From the NCBI GenBank assembly GCA_963667845.2, contig CAXXVL010000002.1:3072001-3136000 (forward strand): a stretch of 64,000 nt of DNA, written 5' to 3'. The notes under the pieces are model-generated. The model made no database searches. It was not told the DNA's origin and was given only the letters and a program-made list of their open reading frames with translations. This DNA comes from Smithellaceae bacterium (lineage in GTDB: Bacteria; Desulfobacterota; Syntrophia; Syntrophales; Smithellaceae). Made by a program: the position numbers and the translations under genes. Below, piece by piece: positions 31,464-40,980 of this stretch. The first letter of the stretch is position 1. Each line of letters starts with the position of its first letter.

Positions 31464-32843
31464 TCATTCGGGTATAAAGCTGACCTCAACGCGACGGTTC
31501 ATTTTTCGCCCTTCAGGTGTATCATTTGATGCGGCAGGTTTGCTGTCACCCATTACTCTTAATTCCAGCTTGATGTCTTTGCTTAGCCCCATCTTGTTCA
31601 ATACGGCAATTACCGAAGACGAACGTTGTGCAGAAAGTAACAAATTGGTTGAACTGCTGGCCGATGTATCGGAGTGCCCGTCAATAACCAGGCGGCCTTT
31701 TCCCGTTTTGATTTTTGCCACCAGCGCTTTCAATTTGGCAAGCTCCTGACCTTTTAGACTCGTGCTGGCTGCTTCAAAATAAAGGGATTCAGTCAGTGAG
31801 GGCTCGCTCGTTTTTGCCTGAGCCGACGCCTTTACCGGTTCGGGCGCCTTTGTCTGAGCGGGGCTCACGACTTTTGCCGTGCTTAATTTCCCGGCGGGTG
31901 CCACAACTGCTGCCGGCGCAGGCGCTGGCGTGGATGTCGCCGCAGGCTTTCCTGCCTTTGCCGCTTGGGCTCTTTTATCGGCGCATGCCTTTCTGGAGGC
32001 TTGGCGAACACCGGTAATGGGTTTCGCAGCAGGCGTCGCCGGAGATACCGCCGCCGGAGTTTGCCCCGAGGAAGGCTGCGCAACGGCAGGAGCCTGTGTT
32101 ATCGGTGTCGCTGCAGCAGCAGGCACTGCAACGGCGGCAGATGTGCTTCTTACGATAACAACTCTATTGTCTGGTGATATTTTGCTGGATGCCCACAAGT
32201 CATTATCTTCTTCGACATAGAACTTCCAATCCACTTCCGTTGAATTAGGCTCAGCTACCCAGGCGCAACAGGTTTTGTTGACCAAAACGGGCTCGGTGCC
32301 CGGCGTTTTGGAGGCAATCTTGTCCTGCTGAAGGCTTGCCAACTCATCTCGGGAAGGTAGACGCCAATCGGTAAAGCCTCCCTGTTTAACGTTCTTTGCG
32401 GTCTCGATGACGTTGCTGGCGGTGACATCGCTGATCGGATAAATAAACCATTGCAAACCCGTCTTGGTATCAATGATGCTTCCGTCTTTTATTTGATTAA
32501 AACGAATCTTAATCGGCTCGGTTAAAACAAGATTTTGTCCGCCTTCTGTCGTTTTAATTTTTTTTGTTACTTTTGTTCTCCATTTATCTGAGAGCAGAGT
32601 TAAAATGTAATCGGATGAGGGCGCAGCGCCTATTAAACTGAAACTACCATCGGGACCGGTTTTAGCCTCGAATTGTTCATATCCCTGAGTCGGTTGAACT
32701 TGCTTGAAAATAATCGTAACACCTGACAAAGGTTTTCCTTTGCCATCGACGATCTTGCCTTCAATACCGGCTGTTTTATTACCGCAACCAAATAAAAACA
32801 TGCTGATCAAAAGAAGAATTAAAAAGCGATACGCAATTTTCAT
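31464..32843 (-). CDS. Lipoprotein: carboxypeptidase-regulatory-like domain, DUF1566, Ala/Pro linker, OmpA-like domain
   Basis: LFGC lipobox; G.IVD..GKPL.G; DTKTGLQW...DWRLPS..EL; GHSD...N..LS..R...NRRVE. Confidence 0.85.
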   Translation of the reverse strand: MKIAYRFLILLLISMFLFGCGNKTAGIEGKIVDGKGKPLSGVTIIFKQVQPTQGYEQFEAKTGPDGSFSLIGAAPSSDYILTLLSDKWRTKVTKKIKTTEGGQNLVLTEPIKIRFNQIKDGSIIDTKTGLQWFIYPISDVTASNVIETAKNVKQGGFTDWRLPSRDELASLQQDKIASKTPGTEPVLVNKTCCAWVAEPNSTEVDWKFYVEEDNDLWASSKISPDNRVVIVRSTSAAVAVPAAAATPITQAPAVAQPSSGQTPAAVSPATPAAKPITGVRQASRKACADKRAQAAKAGKPAATSTPAPAPAAVVAPAGKLSTAKVVSPAQTKAPEPVKASAQAKTSEPSLTESLYFEAASTSLKGQELAKLKALVAKIKTGKGRLVIDGHSDTSASSSTNLLLSAQRSSSVIAVLNKMGLSKDIKLELRVMGDSKPAASNDTPEGRKMNRRVEVSFIPE

Positions 32844-33069
32844 GATGCCTACTCCTTATTCAAGGTTTAGTTGAACAACATATTACATTCTTTTTATTCT
32901 GAAATATACTTGCTAAGCATTTCATAATATTAAAAAACTTTCAATAAAAAAAGTATACAGATGGAACGGAATCTTCTTCAGGAGAGGATGAACCGGGGAA
33001 GCATTGTACTTGTTTTATCGTAAATAATTTGTCAATGATTAAGGGAAAGATGTCGATTCGGGGGGGCGT

Positions 33070-33594
33070 ATGAAACTCATCGTGATTACAGGAATGCCGG
33101 CGGCAGGAAAGAATATTGCCGCCGAGTATGCACAGAAACATCAGTATCCGCTTTTTTCTACGGGTGATTTTGTGCGTGCGGAAATTCGCAGGAGAGGATG
33201 TATTGCAGATCCGGAAACCACTGCGGCCATATCTACTCAAATGAGAGGCGTGGACGGTTTGGGCGTGACGCGTATGGCTGTTGAGGAGGCCCTGAGACAA
33301 AAGGCCGACATCGTCTTTCTGGAAGGCATTCGATCGTGGTCGGAAATCGAATTCATCCGGAGCAAGTCGCCCTGCATACTTGTGGCCATTCTTGCTCCGC
33401 GAAATTTGAGATTAAATCGGGTGAAACAAAGAGGCCGGGCAGATGATTCCGCGGAACATTTTAACGAACGGGACCGGCGGGAAATCGAATACGGTGTTGC
33501 CGTCTGCGTCGCCCTGGCCGATGCCTATGTTTTGAATGATTGCACAATGGCCGATGCACTGAGGCAACTCGACAACATCGTCAAAAATCTTTAA
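33070..33594 (+). CDS. UPF0200-like (archaeal-type) P-loop nucleotide kinase
   Basis: ITGMPAAGK, GD.VR.E...RG, EGIRS..E, RGR.DD, RD.RE..YG, ALAD....N. Confidence 0.75.
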   Translation: MKLIVITGMPAAGKNIAAEYAQKHQYPLFSTGDFVRAEIRRRGCIADPETTAAISTQMRGVDGLGVTRMAVEEALRQKADIVFLEGIRSWSEIEFIRSKSPCILVAILAPRNLRLNRVKQRGRADDSAEHFNERDRREIEYGVAVCVALADAYVLNDCTMADALRQLDNIVKNL

Positions 33595-33603
33595 TGATCG
33601 GAA

Positions 33604-34941
33604 TCAGCGCGCAAGAAGGCTTTCCACTTCGTTGCGTATTTTTTGCAAAGCCTCGGCGGACGAGGCTTCAAAGCGCAGCACAATGACCGGCTGAGTATTT
33701 GAAGACCGTACAAGCGCCCAGCCGTCTTGAAACGGAATACGAATTCCATCAATATCAATGATGCCGGGTGTGTTCCGGTAATGATGCTTTATTTTATCAA
33801 CGACTGCCGCTTTTTTGCTGTCATCGCAATCCACTCGGATTTCGGGCGTGGCAAAAGTCTCAGGGACGTCGGACATCAGCTCGCTTATTTTTTGATTCGT
33901 CTGAGAGAGTATCTCCAGTAGCCTCACGGCAGCGTATATGGCGTCGTCATATCCGAAATAGCGGTCGGCGAAAAATAAATGTCCGCTCATTTCTCCGCCC
34001 AGCAGTGCCTTTTCCTCTTTCATTTTCGCTTTAATGAGAGAATGGCCCGCTTTCCACATAATCGGCCGGCCGGAATATTTTTTTATACCGTCGTATAACG
34101 CCTGGGAACATTTCACCTCGCCGATGATTGTCGCTCCCGGATTGTCTTTCAGAATAAAGCGGGCAAACAAGAGCAGCAGTTTATCTCCCCAGATGATGTC
34201 GCCGGTGTCGCTGATCACCCCTATCCGATCGGCATCTCCGTCGAAGGCAATGCCCAGATCGGCCTTTTTTTCGGCAACGAGCCTAATGAGGTCTTTCAAG
34301 TTGTCTTCTACAGTGGGGTCGGGAAAATGATGGGGAAAGCGGCCGTCCGGATCACAATACAGGCAGGTGACGTCACAGCCGAGCCTTTCCAGAATGGGCA
34401 GAGCAAATTGTCCGCCGACGCCATTGCCGGCATCGAGGACAACGCGCGGTTTTCCGGATATTCGGACGTGATCATAGAGATAATTCTGGTAAACGCCGGT
34501 GATATCTTCAGGCCGTGATTTTCCCACGCCCGAGGCGTAGTCCTGAATTTCCATGATTTTCCTTAACTCCTGGATCTGCGACCCATAAATCGAATCATAT
34601 CCGATACAGATTTTAAACCCGTTAAACTCCGGCGGATTATGGCTGCCGGTGATCATAACACCTCCGCCGGCCTGACAATGCCTGATGGAAAAATAAAGCA
34701 TGGGTGTCGCGCAAAGTCCGATATCGATGGTGTCGATCCCTGAGGCATTCAGCCCTTGAATGATATATCGATGGTAGGCGTCCGAACTCAAGCGGCAATC
34801 ATGTCCCACGGTCATGGTTTGAATCTTGTTGCGGCGTGCGTAGGTGCCGACAGATCGTCCCAGGTCAATAATAAATTCTTCGTTCAAATCTTTATCAACG
34901 ACGCCCCGGACGTCGTATTCTCGAAAGACATGTGGATTCAT
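33604..34941 (-). CDS. Phosphomannomutase/phosphoglucomutase
   Basis: FREYD.RG, TGSHNP, FDGDADR, GEMSGH. Confidence 0.95.
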   Translation of the reverse strand: MNPHVFREYDVRGVVDKDLNEEFIIDLGRSVGTYARRNKIQTMTVGHDCRLSSDAYHRYIIQGLNASGIDTIDIGLCATPMLYFSIRHCQAGGGVMITGSHNPPEFNGFKICIGYDSIYGSQIQELRKIMEIQDYASGVGKSRPEDITGVYQNYLYDHVRISGKPRVVLDAGNGVGGQFALPILERLGCDVTCLYCDPDGRFPHHFPDPTVEDNLKDLIRLVAEKKADLGIAFDGDADRIGVISDTGDIIWGDKLLLLFARFILKDNPGATIIGEVKCSQALYDGIKKYSGRPIMWKAGHSLIKAKMKEEKALLGGEMSGHLFFADRYFGYDDAIYAAVRLLEILSQTNQKISELMSDVPETFATPEIRVDCDDSKKAAVVDKIKHHYRNTPGIIDIDGIRIPFQDGWALVRSSNTQPVIVLRFEASSAEALQKIRNEVESLLAR

Positions 34942-35040
34942 AATATTCTCTCCGGACTGAAAAGTTAAGTTGGATGCGCAGGCGAAGTGCTGAGCATTCG
35001 TATATAATTAATTCAAATATGTCAATGGGAGATGATCACC

Positions 35041-35724
35041 TCACGTGCTTTTCCGCATGAGTTCCAGGATGTCTGAAGCCTGCGGCAGAACGATATCGGC
35101 GCCGGCTCGAACAAACTCGGTTTCCGAAAAAAGACCGGTTAGAACTCCCGCCGTCAGCGTACCGGCGTTGTGGCCGGTTTCAATATCCAGGGGGTGATCG
35201 CCGATCATGATGGACTGTTCAGGATTGCCGCCCGTTTGTTTCAAGGCCAGAGTCAATTGTTCCGGATGGGGTTTAACATGTTTTACATCATCGCGGCAAA
35301 TGACCACGGAGCAATAGGATGAAATGTCCGGAAATACCGTATGGACGGCCCGGGCGCAGTTTCTGGTAATGACCCCCGTGCGAATGGAAGATTCCTTAAG
35401 AGCGGTCAGCAGATTTCTTGTTTTTGAGAGCAATTCCCCTGAGCGGGCCGCTTCGATCTCAATGTCCTCGGTGACCTGATACGCTTCGCGGATAAACGAT
35501 GCGGCTTGCCGGCGCGAGTGTTTCCGCAGAAATGCGGCCGCCTCGTCAACGATTTCCAGGACGAACCTGTTTCGCAGGATTTGATGATCAATACCGTAAC
35601 GGGAGGTAAGTTCGCTGATCAAGTACCGCATCCGGTCGAAATCGATATTGAGCTTCGCCAGTGTTCCATCGAAGTCAAAAATGACCGTTTCGACGGCGGT
35701 CCGCTTGATGAATAAATGTCTCAT
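35041..35724 (-). CDS. HAD-family phosphatase (phosphoglycolate phosphatase-like)
   Basis: FDFDGTL, TRN, KPHP, GDHPLD. Confidence 0.88.
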   Translation of the reverse strand: MRHLFIKRTAVETVIFDFDGTLAKLNIDFDRMRYLISELTSRYGIDHQILRNRFVLEIVDEAAAFLRKHSRRQAASFIREAYQVTEDIEIEAARSGELLSKTRNLLTALKESSIRTGVITRNCARAVHTVFPDISSYCSVVICRDDVKHVKPHPEQLTLALKQTGGNPEQSIMIGDHPLDIETGHNAGTLTAGVLTGLFSETEFVRAGADIVLPQASDILELMRKST

Positions 35725-35728
35725 ACCG

Positions 35729-36562
35729 TCAACGGCGTCCGGATGCGTAATTTGGAGTCAGTGTTTTTTTGACCGTGCGTGAGGGCTTCGAGAAGGGCAA
35801 AACACCACCGAAGATCGTCTGGAGAAAATTCGTGACAATATAAAAGGTTGCGCCCCAGAGGATATCTTCATGACCGCAATCATCAGTGATGACCATGCAG
35901 GGAAATTGCATATTGTAGCGTGGATCGGAACTTCCTGCTTCCGATTCCACTTCGAGTGTCGCATAGGAAGAGTTTCGAAAGAAATGAATAAGTGGAATTT
36001 CCAGCAGCTTTTCGACTTCGGAATTCAAGCTGTATTCGCAGGGGGCTTTAACCAGGCAGACCACAGGGAAGATCGTTCGTGGAAAGAAAGCCAGTGTATA
36101 AGTGGGGAGGGCCCCGAGAAAGCTGACATTGAGCGGACTCAGGCCGATTTCTTCCCAGGCTTCGCGCAGCGCATTCATCAGAAACAGCGTAACGAGAGAG
36201 ACCGTGTCGGCATCTTTATTCGGAAGATCGTCCATCGCGCGATCGCCGACTGACCGGATGATGCCGGTCTTTAATACGATGTGTCTCAGCATTTCATCTG
36301 TCGAATGTTCCAGCATCCCTCCGGGGCAACTGATGTCGCCGGCCTGAGCAACGGCATCCGACCGCTTAATGAGCTGGAAAACATATCCCGATTCCTTATA
36401 AGACAGGAGGAGCACGACGCCGGCTTCCAGGTGATCGGTTCCGTGGATATTGGAATGAACAATGGACCGGTGTTTTTCGCGATAGTCGATGGGCAACCTG
36501 TCTAATTGTCCCGATACGTAAAGAGGAAAGTCATCCTTTTTTCGAAGAAGCGTTAAGTCCAT
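35729..36562 (-). CDS. Nudix hydrolase (CoA pyrophosphatase-like) with an insertion in the Nudix box
   Basis: KRS..V.QAGD.SCPGG ... ALREAWEEIGL, EVE, LWGAT. Confidence 0.82.
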   Translation of the reverse strand: MDLTLLRKKDDFPLYVSGQLDRLPIDYREKHRSIVHSNIHGTDHLEAGVVLLLSYKESGYVFQLIKRSDAVAQAGDISCPGGMLEHSTDEMLRHIVLKTGIIRSVGDRAMDDLPNKDADTVSLVTLFLMNALREAWEEIGLSPLNVSFLGALPTYTLAFFPRTIFPVVCLVKAPCEYSLNSEVEKLLEIPLIHFFRNSSYATLEVESEAGSSDPRYNMQFPCMVITDDCGHEDILWGATFYIVTNFLQTIFGGVLPFSKPSRTVKKTLTPNYASGRR

Positions 36563-36570
36563 TACAATCC

Positions 36571-37554
36571 TTAATCTGACTTTATTATGTCTGAAATTAT
36601 TTCATTATACCACCGGCGGTAGGGAAATAAATCAATGAAACCGCAATGGCCGCCGAACGCTTGGCGGGATATGGTCAAAAACGCGTTATTAGCAAGCGAT
36701 TGAAAATCTTCCACCGGGATAACGGGATCGTCTTCGGCAATAAAGATGTTGACCGGCACATTCAGATTCTGAAACGATTCCACGCTTAGTGTGTATAGCT
36801 TGAAATAATCCCGATAGGAAGGAAATTGTGGAAAATAGGTCATGATGTCGGAGGTCAGTGCCATACAGGTCTTGGCGTTCAGGATATTCTTGAAGTTATA
36901 CCTTTTGGGAAAAAGCAGTTGCTTCTTTTTCAGAGAGCGTCTCCATTTCTTCAGGAAGTATTTCCGATAAAAGGCCTTACCGCTGTCAATAGCCAATGTC
37001 GTCTTGTAAGGATCGAGAGGAGGGCTCACGGCGAATACGTGCTGTAAATTGTGAACGGGCGTTTGAGAATGCTGGATAGCGATGCGCAAGGCGAAATTGG
37101 CGCCCAGAGAAAAACCCAGCAAATAGACCGGCAATTCCCTGGAATGTTGTGCAAGGATATTGACCGCCTCGAATGTTTCCTGAAGGAGCGCGCCGTGGAA
37201 CATACCTTCATTCAAATGATGCGATTCACCATGGTCTCTTAAATTCAGACGGCAGACAGAAAATCCGCGGTCAAAATAGTATGAAGCCGCAGCAAGAACA
37301 TAGGCAGAGGATGAAGAACCTTCCCAGCCGTGTAAAATAATCATCGTCCCATGCGAACGGGGGTGCTGTGAAACATGGGCCAATAATCTCGATCCATCTT
37401 TTGCAGCGATAACGAGTTCGCGGCAATGCTTTAAAAGCGAGCGATGAGGAGGAATCAATAGGCGGGCAGACGCCAGGATAGACTGGAGATGCCGATTTTT
37501 AAGAAAAGACCGCGGCAGAAAAATGGATGTGCTTTTTTGCGACTTGGCGATCAT
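36571..37554 (-). CDS. YheT-family alpha/beta hydrolase
   Basis: N.HLQS, HGWEGSS.S.Y, GFSLG, DDP, GGHCGF. Confidence 0.88.
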   Translation of the reverse strand: MIAKSQKSTSIFLPRSFLKNRHLQSILASARLLIPPHRSLLKHCRELVIAAKDGSRLLAHVSQHPRSHGTMIILHGWEGSSSSAYVLAAASYYFDRGFSVCRLNLRDHGESHHLNEGMFHGALLQETFEAVNILAQHSRELPVYLLGFSLGANFALRIAIQHSQTPVHNLQHVFAVSPPLDPYKTTLAIDSGKAFYRKYFLKKWRRSLKKKQLLFPKRYNFKNILNAKTCMALTSDIMTYFPQFPSYRDYFKLYTLSVESFQNLNVPVNIFIAEDDPVIPVEDFQSLANNAFLTISRQAFGGHCGFIDLFPYRRWYNEIISDIIKSD

Positions 37555-37564
37555 GGACTTCTTT

Positions 37565-37596
37565 AAAAAAAGCCCCGCCTGAAGCGGGCGGGGGCT
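37565..37596 (-). terminator. Intrinsic terminator after tRNA-Met
   Basis: Minus strand AGCCCCCGCCC-GCTTC-AGGCGGGGCTTTTTTT. Confidence 0.75.
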
Positions 37597-37604
37597 GCAA
37601 ATTT

Positions 37605-37681
37605 TGGTGGCGGTGCCCTGATTTGAACAGGGGACACTACGGATATGAGCCGTATGCTCTGACCAGCTGAGCTACACCGCC
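37605..37681 (-). tRNA. tRNA-Met(CAT), elongator type
   Basis: GGCGGTGTAGCTCAG start; anticodon arm TACGG-CTCATAT-CCGTA; CCA; lacks initiator features. Confidence 0.93.
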
Positions 37682-37801
37682 TCTGGGGAATAATGTTTTA
37701 TTAAATAAAAAACCCGCATATCCCTTCCGCGGCAACATTCGAGTTTTGACTTTTGAAAGTCGCCCGCACGCTATATCTAAGAGTAAAGCGTTTGTCAATA
37801 A

Positions 37802-39526
37802 CTATTGAGCCGAATCCAACTTATAAACGACGATGACGCTGCGATCGCTGACCGATGCTCCGGTGGACTGGACCAGAGCCAGAACGATTTCCGGTTTGCC
37901 GTCGTTATCGATATCCTTGAAGCAATAGTCGGCAACATAACCGTTGATCCTTTTTGTCCGCCAGTTCTCGGCCATGCCAAGTCCGTCCCATTCAAGATTA
38001 TAAATTTCACTGGACGTAAAAAGCTTAATGTTCTTAAAAACGCGCCCGATGGCGGACAGATTCTTGACGATGATAACTTCCTTTTTACCGTCTTTGTTGG
38101 TGTCGAACGTCAGGATACGTAAATTGGCAAAGGCTGTATCTGCGGGTTCTGCTTCACTGGATTTCTGTGGGTCAAAAGGCGAGATATAGTTATTACTGCC
38201 TCCATAGACCGTATCGCTTCGCCAGACCAGTTCATCGGGTGAGAAACCAAACGATAGGATACGCGACATCGTCTTATTGGTCGGCGTGATTACACACAAA
38301 TAATCCAGTTCATCAAGCGCCAGGATTTTTTCGCTGGTTCCCGATCCCAGTGTATCCATCGTTAACCCATAAATGGATAATCCCAGGGGAATTTTCATTT
38401 TGTCTCCGGAGACATACTGGCCGTTTCTCCAGACGATTTCATAAATCTGCGATTCAAATATCTTATCGATACCATACGTCTGTCCAAGAAGCAGCGGAGT
38501 GCCGGAGGCTGTATCGATCACCCGCAGGAAATAATGAATATTGGAAGCGATCAGCTTATAGTCACCGTCTTTGTACTGAAGGACAAAAGAGTTCAGCACT
38601 TTATTGTTCAGCGATGTAACTATTATTTCAGGAGTGCCGTCCCGATTGATGTCCGCCACATCCACGGAAATGTACTGATCGTAAGATTTACCTTTGATCT
38701 GCTTTAATAATCTTAACGCGTCCGCCGTTTTCACATAAATAAAAATATTGTGCCTGTCGATCGCAACAACTTCATTAACGCCATCTTTATTGACATCTCC
38801 GATGTCCATCCCTATGAATTCCGTCTTAAACTGCTGGCTCATCCAGAACCCTCTGCGATTGACCGGATCGGCTGAGTTGATGAATTCCGGGTTGATCATG
38901 GAGGTCAGGGTTCCCTTTTTGCCGCCCGCCTTCATGCCCGCAATGATTTGCGCTTCTCGTGATGCTCCGGGGGCGGTTGGAGGAGCGACCGCAGGTGCGA
39001 CGGCCGCCGGCGCCGTTTTGGCCGGTACCGGCAGAGCCTGTGGAGCTGATCCAAGAATATGCTGGATGATGCGCTGCGAAAAGTCGCCTATTTTCGGTAT
39101 CACTTCGTCAAGTGTTTGCGATTGGGAAAAGATGCCGACATCTGATTTCCCTCCTGCAACATCAACAAGTTTACCATCAATGCTGATGCTGTTGCCAATT
39201 TTGGTGATACTGCCCCAAACAATGTAGTCTGATTTCAACTGCCTGCCGATGTTTTGAACATCAAGCAGATTCAGTTCTTTAGAACCGAATTTTTTGAGAA
39301 CATCCTGGACGGTCTCTCTTCGTGTGACCTCCAGTTTGTCGGATGCAGAAATACGACTGATGAGCATGTCGCCGATTCCCTGGCGAACGTATTCAATATT
39401 CTCAGCGCTGTGCAGTGCGAAAGGCAGAACTGTCACTGTGTATTTTTCTTTGGCACCTGACATCTGCGTCATCATCATAACCACAGCCAGACATAGAATA
39501 ACCCGGATCGTTTTTTTCATATTCAT
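37802..39526 (-). CDS. Secreted FG-GAP/VCBS repeat protein with N-terminal TolB-N/CsgG-like domain
   Basis: Signal peptide; VLPF...GI.DML.SR; D.N.DG..E repeats. Confidence 0.8.
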   Translation of the reverse strand: MNMKKTIRVILCLAVVMMMTQMSGAKEKYTVTVLPFALHSAENIEYVRQGIGDMLISRISASDKLEVTRRETVQDVLKKFGSKELNLLDVQNIGRQLKSDYIVWGSITKIGNSISIDGKLVDVAGGKSDVGIFSQSQTLDEVIPKIGDFSQRIIQHILGSAPQALPVPAKTAPAAVAPAVAPPTAPGASREAQIIAGMKAGGKKGTLTSMINPEFINSADPVNRRGFWMSQQFKTEFIGMDIGDVNKDGVNEVVAIDRHNIFIYVKTADALRLLKQIKGKSYDQYISVDVADINRDGTPEIIVTSLNNKVLNSFVLQYKDGDYKLIASNIHYFLRVIDTASGTPLLLGQTYGIDKIFESQIYEIVWRNGQYVSGDKMKIPLGLSIYGLTMDTLGSGTSEKILALDELDYLCVITPTNKTMSRILSFGFSPDELVWRSDTVYGGSNNYISPFDPQKSSEAEPADTAFANLRILTFDTNKDGKKEVIIVKNLSAIGRVFKNIKLFTSSEIYNLEWDGLGMAENWRTKRINGYVADYCFKDIDNDGKPEIVLALVQSTGASVSDRSVIVVYKLDSAQ

Positions 39527-39609
39527 CTCCCGTTAAATTAGACTGTCGAATTCGAAAGTCGTTGCGTTTTTAGCATTTAAAAAATGATAATTCAAGGTGG
39601 TTTTAATGA

Positions 39610-40266
39610 TCACGAATTCAAGGGAATAACGTAAAAAATGACAGCTATGAAGTGGCAGAGGCTGCCGGCCAGAACAAATAGGTGCCAGATGGCATGATTG
39701 AAAGGAAGCCTTTTCCAGGCGTAAAATACAACGCCCAGCGTATAGGCCATTCCACCGGCAATGAGCCAGACTAAGCCGCCGGAGGGCAGGGAATCTGCAA
39801 GAGGCTTAATTGCAAAGACAATGATCCAACCCATCAGCACGTAAGCAACCGTAGAAATAATCCGGAATCGATCAACAAAGAACACTTTCAAGACGACACC
39901 GGAAACCGCCAGAAACCAGATGACGCCAAACATCGTCCAACCCAGTGCACCGCGCAGCGTCACAAGGAGAAACGGTGTATACGTTCCGGCAATCAACAGA
40001 TAGATGCAGGAATGATCAAAGATCTTAAAAATCCTTTTCACCTGCGGCTTTTGAATTCCGTGATACAACGTCGAAGCGGTATAAAGCAAAATCAATGTGA
40101 TGCCGAAAATCGTACAACTCACAATATGGCCGGTGCCGCCGTAAATACTGGAAAATACGATCAGCAAAACGAGGGCGGCGATGCTCAATAAGATACCGGC
40201 ACCGTGAGTGATGCTGTTGAATAATTCTTCGATAAAACTGTAGGGTGATTCCTGTGTGTCGACCAT
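39610..40266 (-). CDS. Hemolysin III family (PAQR) membrane protein
   Basis: EE..NS.THG, STLYH, DHSCIYLLIAGTYTP, HAIWHLFV. Confidence 0.93.
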   Translation of the reverse strand: MVDTQESPYSFIEELFNSITHGAGILLSIAALVLLIVFSSIYGGTGHIVSCTIFGITLILLYTASTLYHGIQKPQVKRIFKIFDHSCIYLLIAGTYTPFLLVTLRGALGWTMFGVIWFLAVSGVVLKVFFVDRFRIISTVAYVLMGWIIVFAIKPLADSLPSGGLVWLIAGGMAYTLGVVFYAWKRLPFNHAIWHLFVLAGSLCHFIAVIFYVIPLNS

Positions 40267-40436
40267 GACGTTACCTTTCTGTCCCGCATACTATGTGCGG
40301 CTGATTTATTTGTCAATCAATACCTCTGGCGGATATAAGGTTCCTTACCTCCTTATTGCTTGACAATTCAAAGCGATGCCGTTAGAAAAAGCCGTCCATA
40401 ATTTGTTATTAATGTTCATACGGGGGAGGTGTTCCG

Positions 40437-40976
40437 ATGAGATCTTATGTTGTCATTTCTACAATGGGACAGGATCGTCCGGGGCTCGCCAAAGATATTG
40501 CGGAGTTCTTCACGGCACGGGGCATCAACATTGAGCGTTCACGCGGCTGCGTACTGGGCAACGAATTCGGCATGATTATTCTGACCTCGGGAAAGACCGA
40601 CGACATCGAGCGCCTCATTCAAGATTTGGATAGTCTCCGTGAGAAGACAAAACTGGATATTTATGTGCGCAAGACCAAGGCGCCCAGCCATCGAGACATC
40701 CAACCTTCGATACCTTATAAGCTCATCGCTACATCCATCGACCATCCCGGGATTATCCATCAGATCTGTAAAGCGCTTCAGTTGCGGAAAGTCAATATCG
40801 ATGACATTTCGACGAATGTCGATAATAACCCCGTGACCGGCGCAAATACGTTTCAGATGGTATGCTATTTCTCTTTGCCGCCGGCCGTCAAGATTATCGA
40901 CCTCAAGAATGAATTCAATCGCATCAGTGATGAATATAATATCGACATCCGGTTCGATGCGGTCATCAATAAGTAA
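40437..40976 (+). CDS. GcvR-like double-ACT-domain protein
   Basis: G.DRPG and DHPGI ACT motifs. Confidence 0.82.
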   Translation: MRSYVVISTMGQDRPGLAKDIAEFFTARGINIERSRGCVLGNEFGMIILTSGKTDDIERLIQDLDSLREKTKLDIYVRKTKAPSHRDIQPSIPYKLIATSIDHPGIIHQICKALQLRKVNIDDISTNVDNNPVTGANTFQMVCYFSLPPAVKIIDLKNEFNRISDEYNIDIRFDAVINK

Positions 40977-40980
40977 CGCT

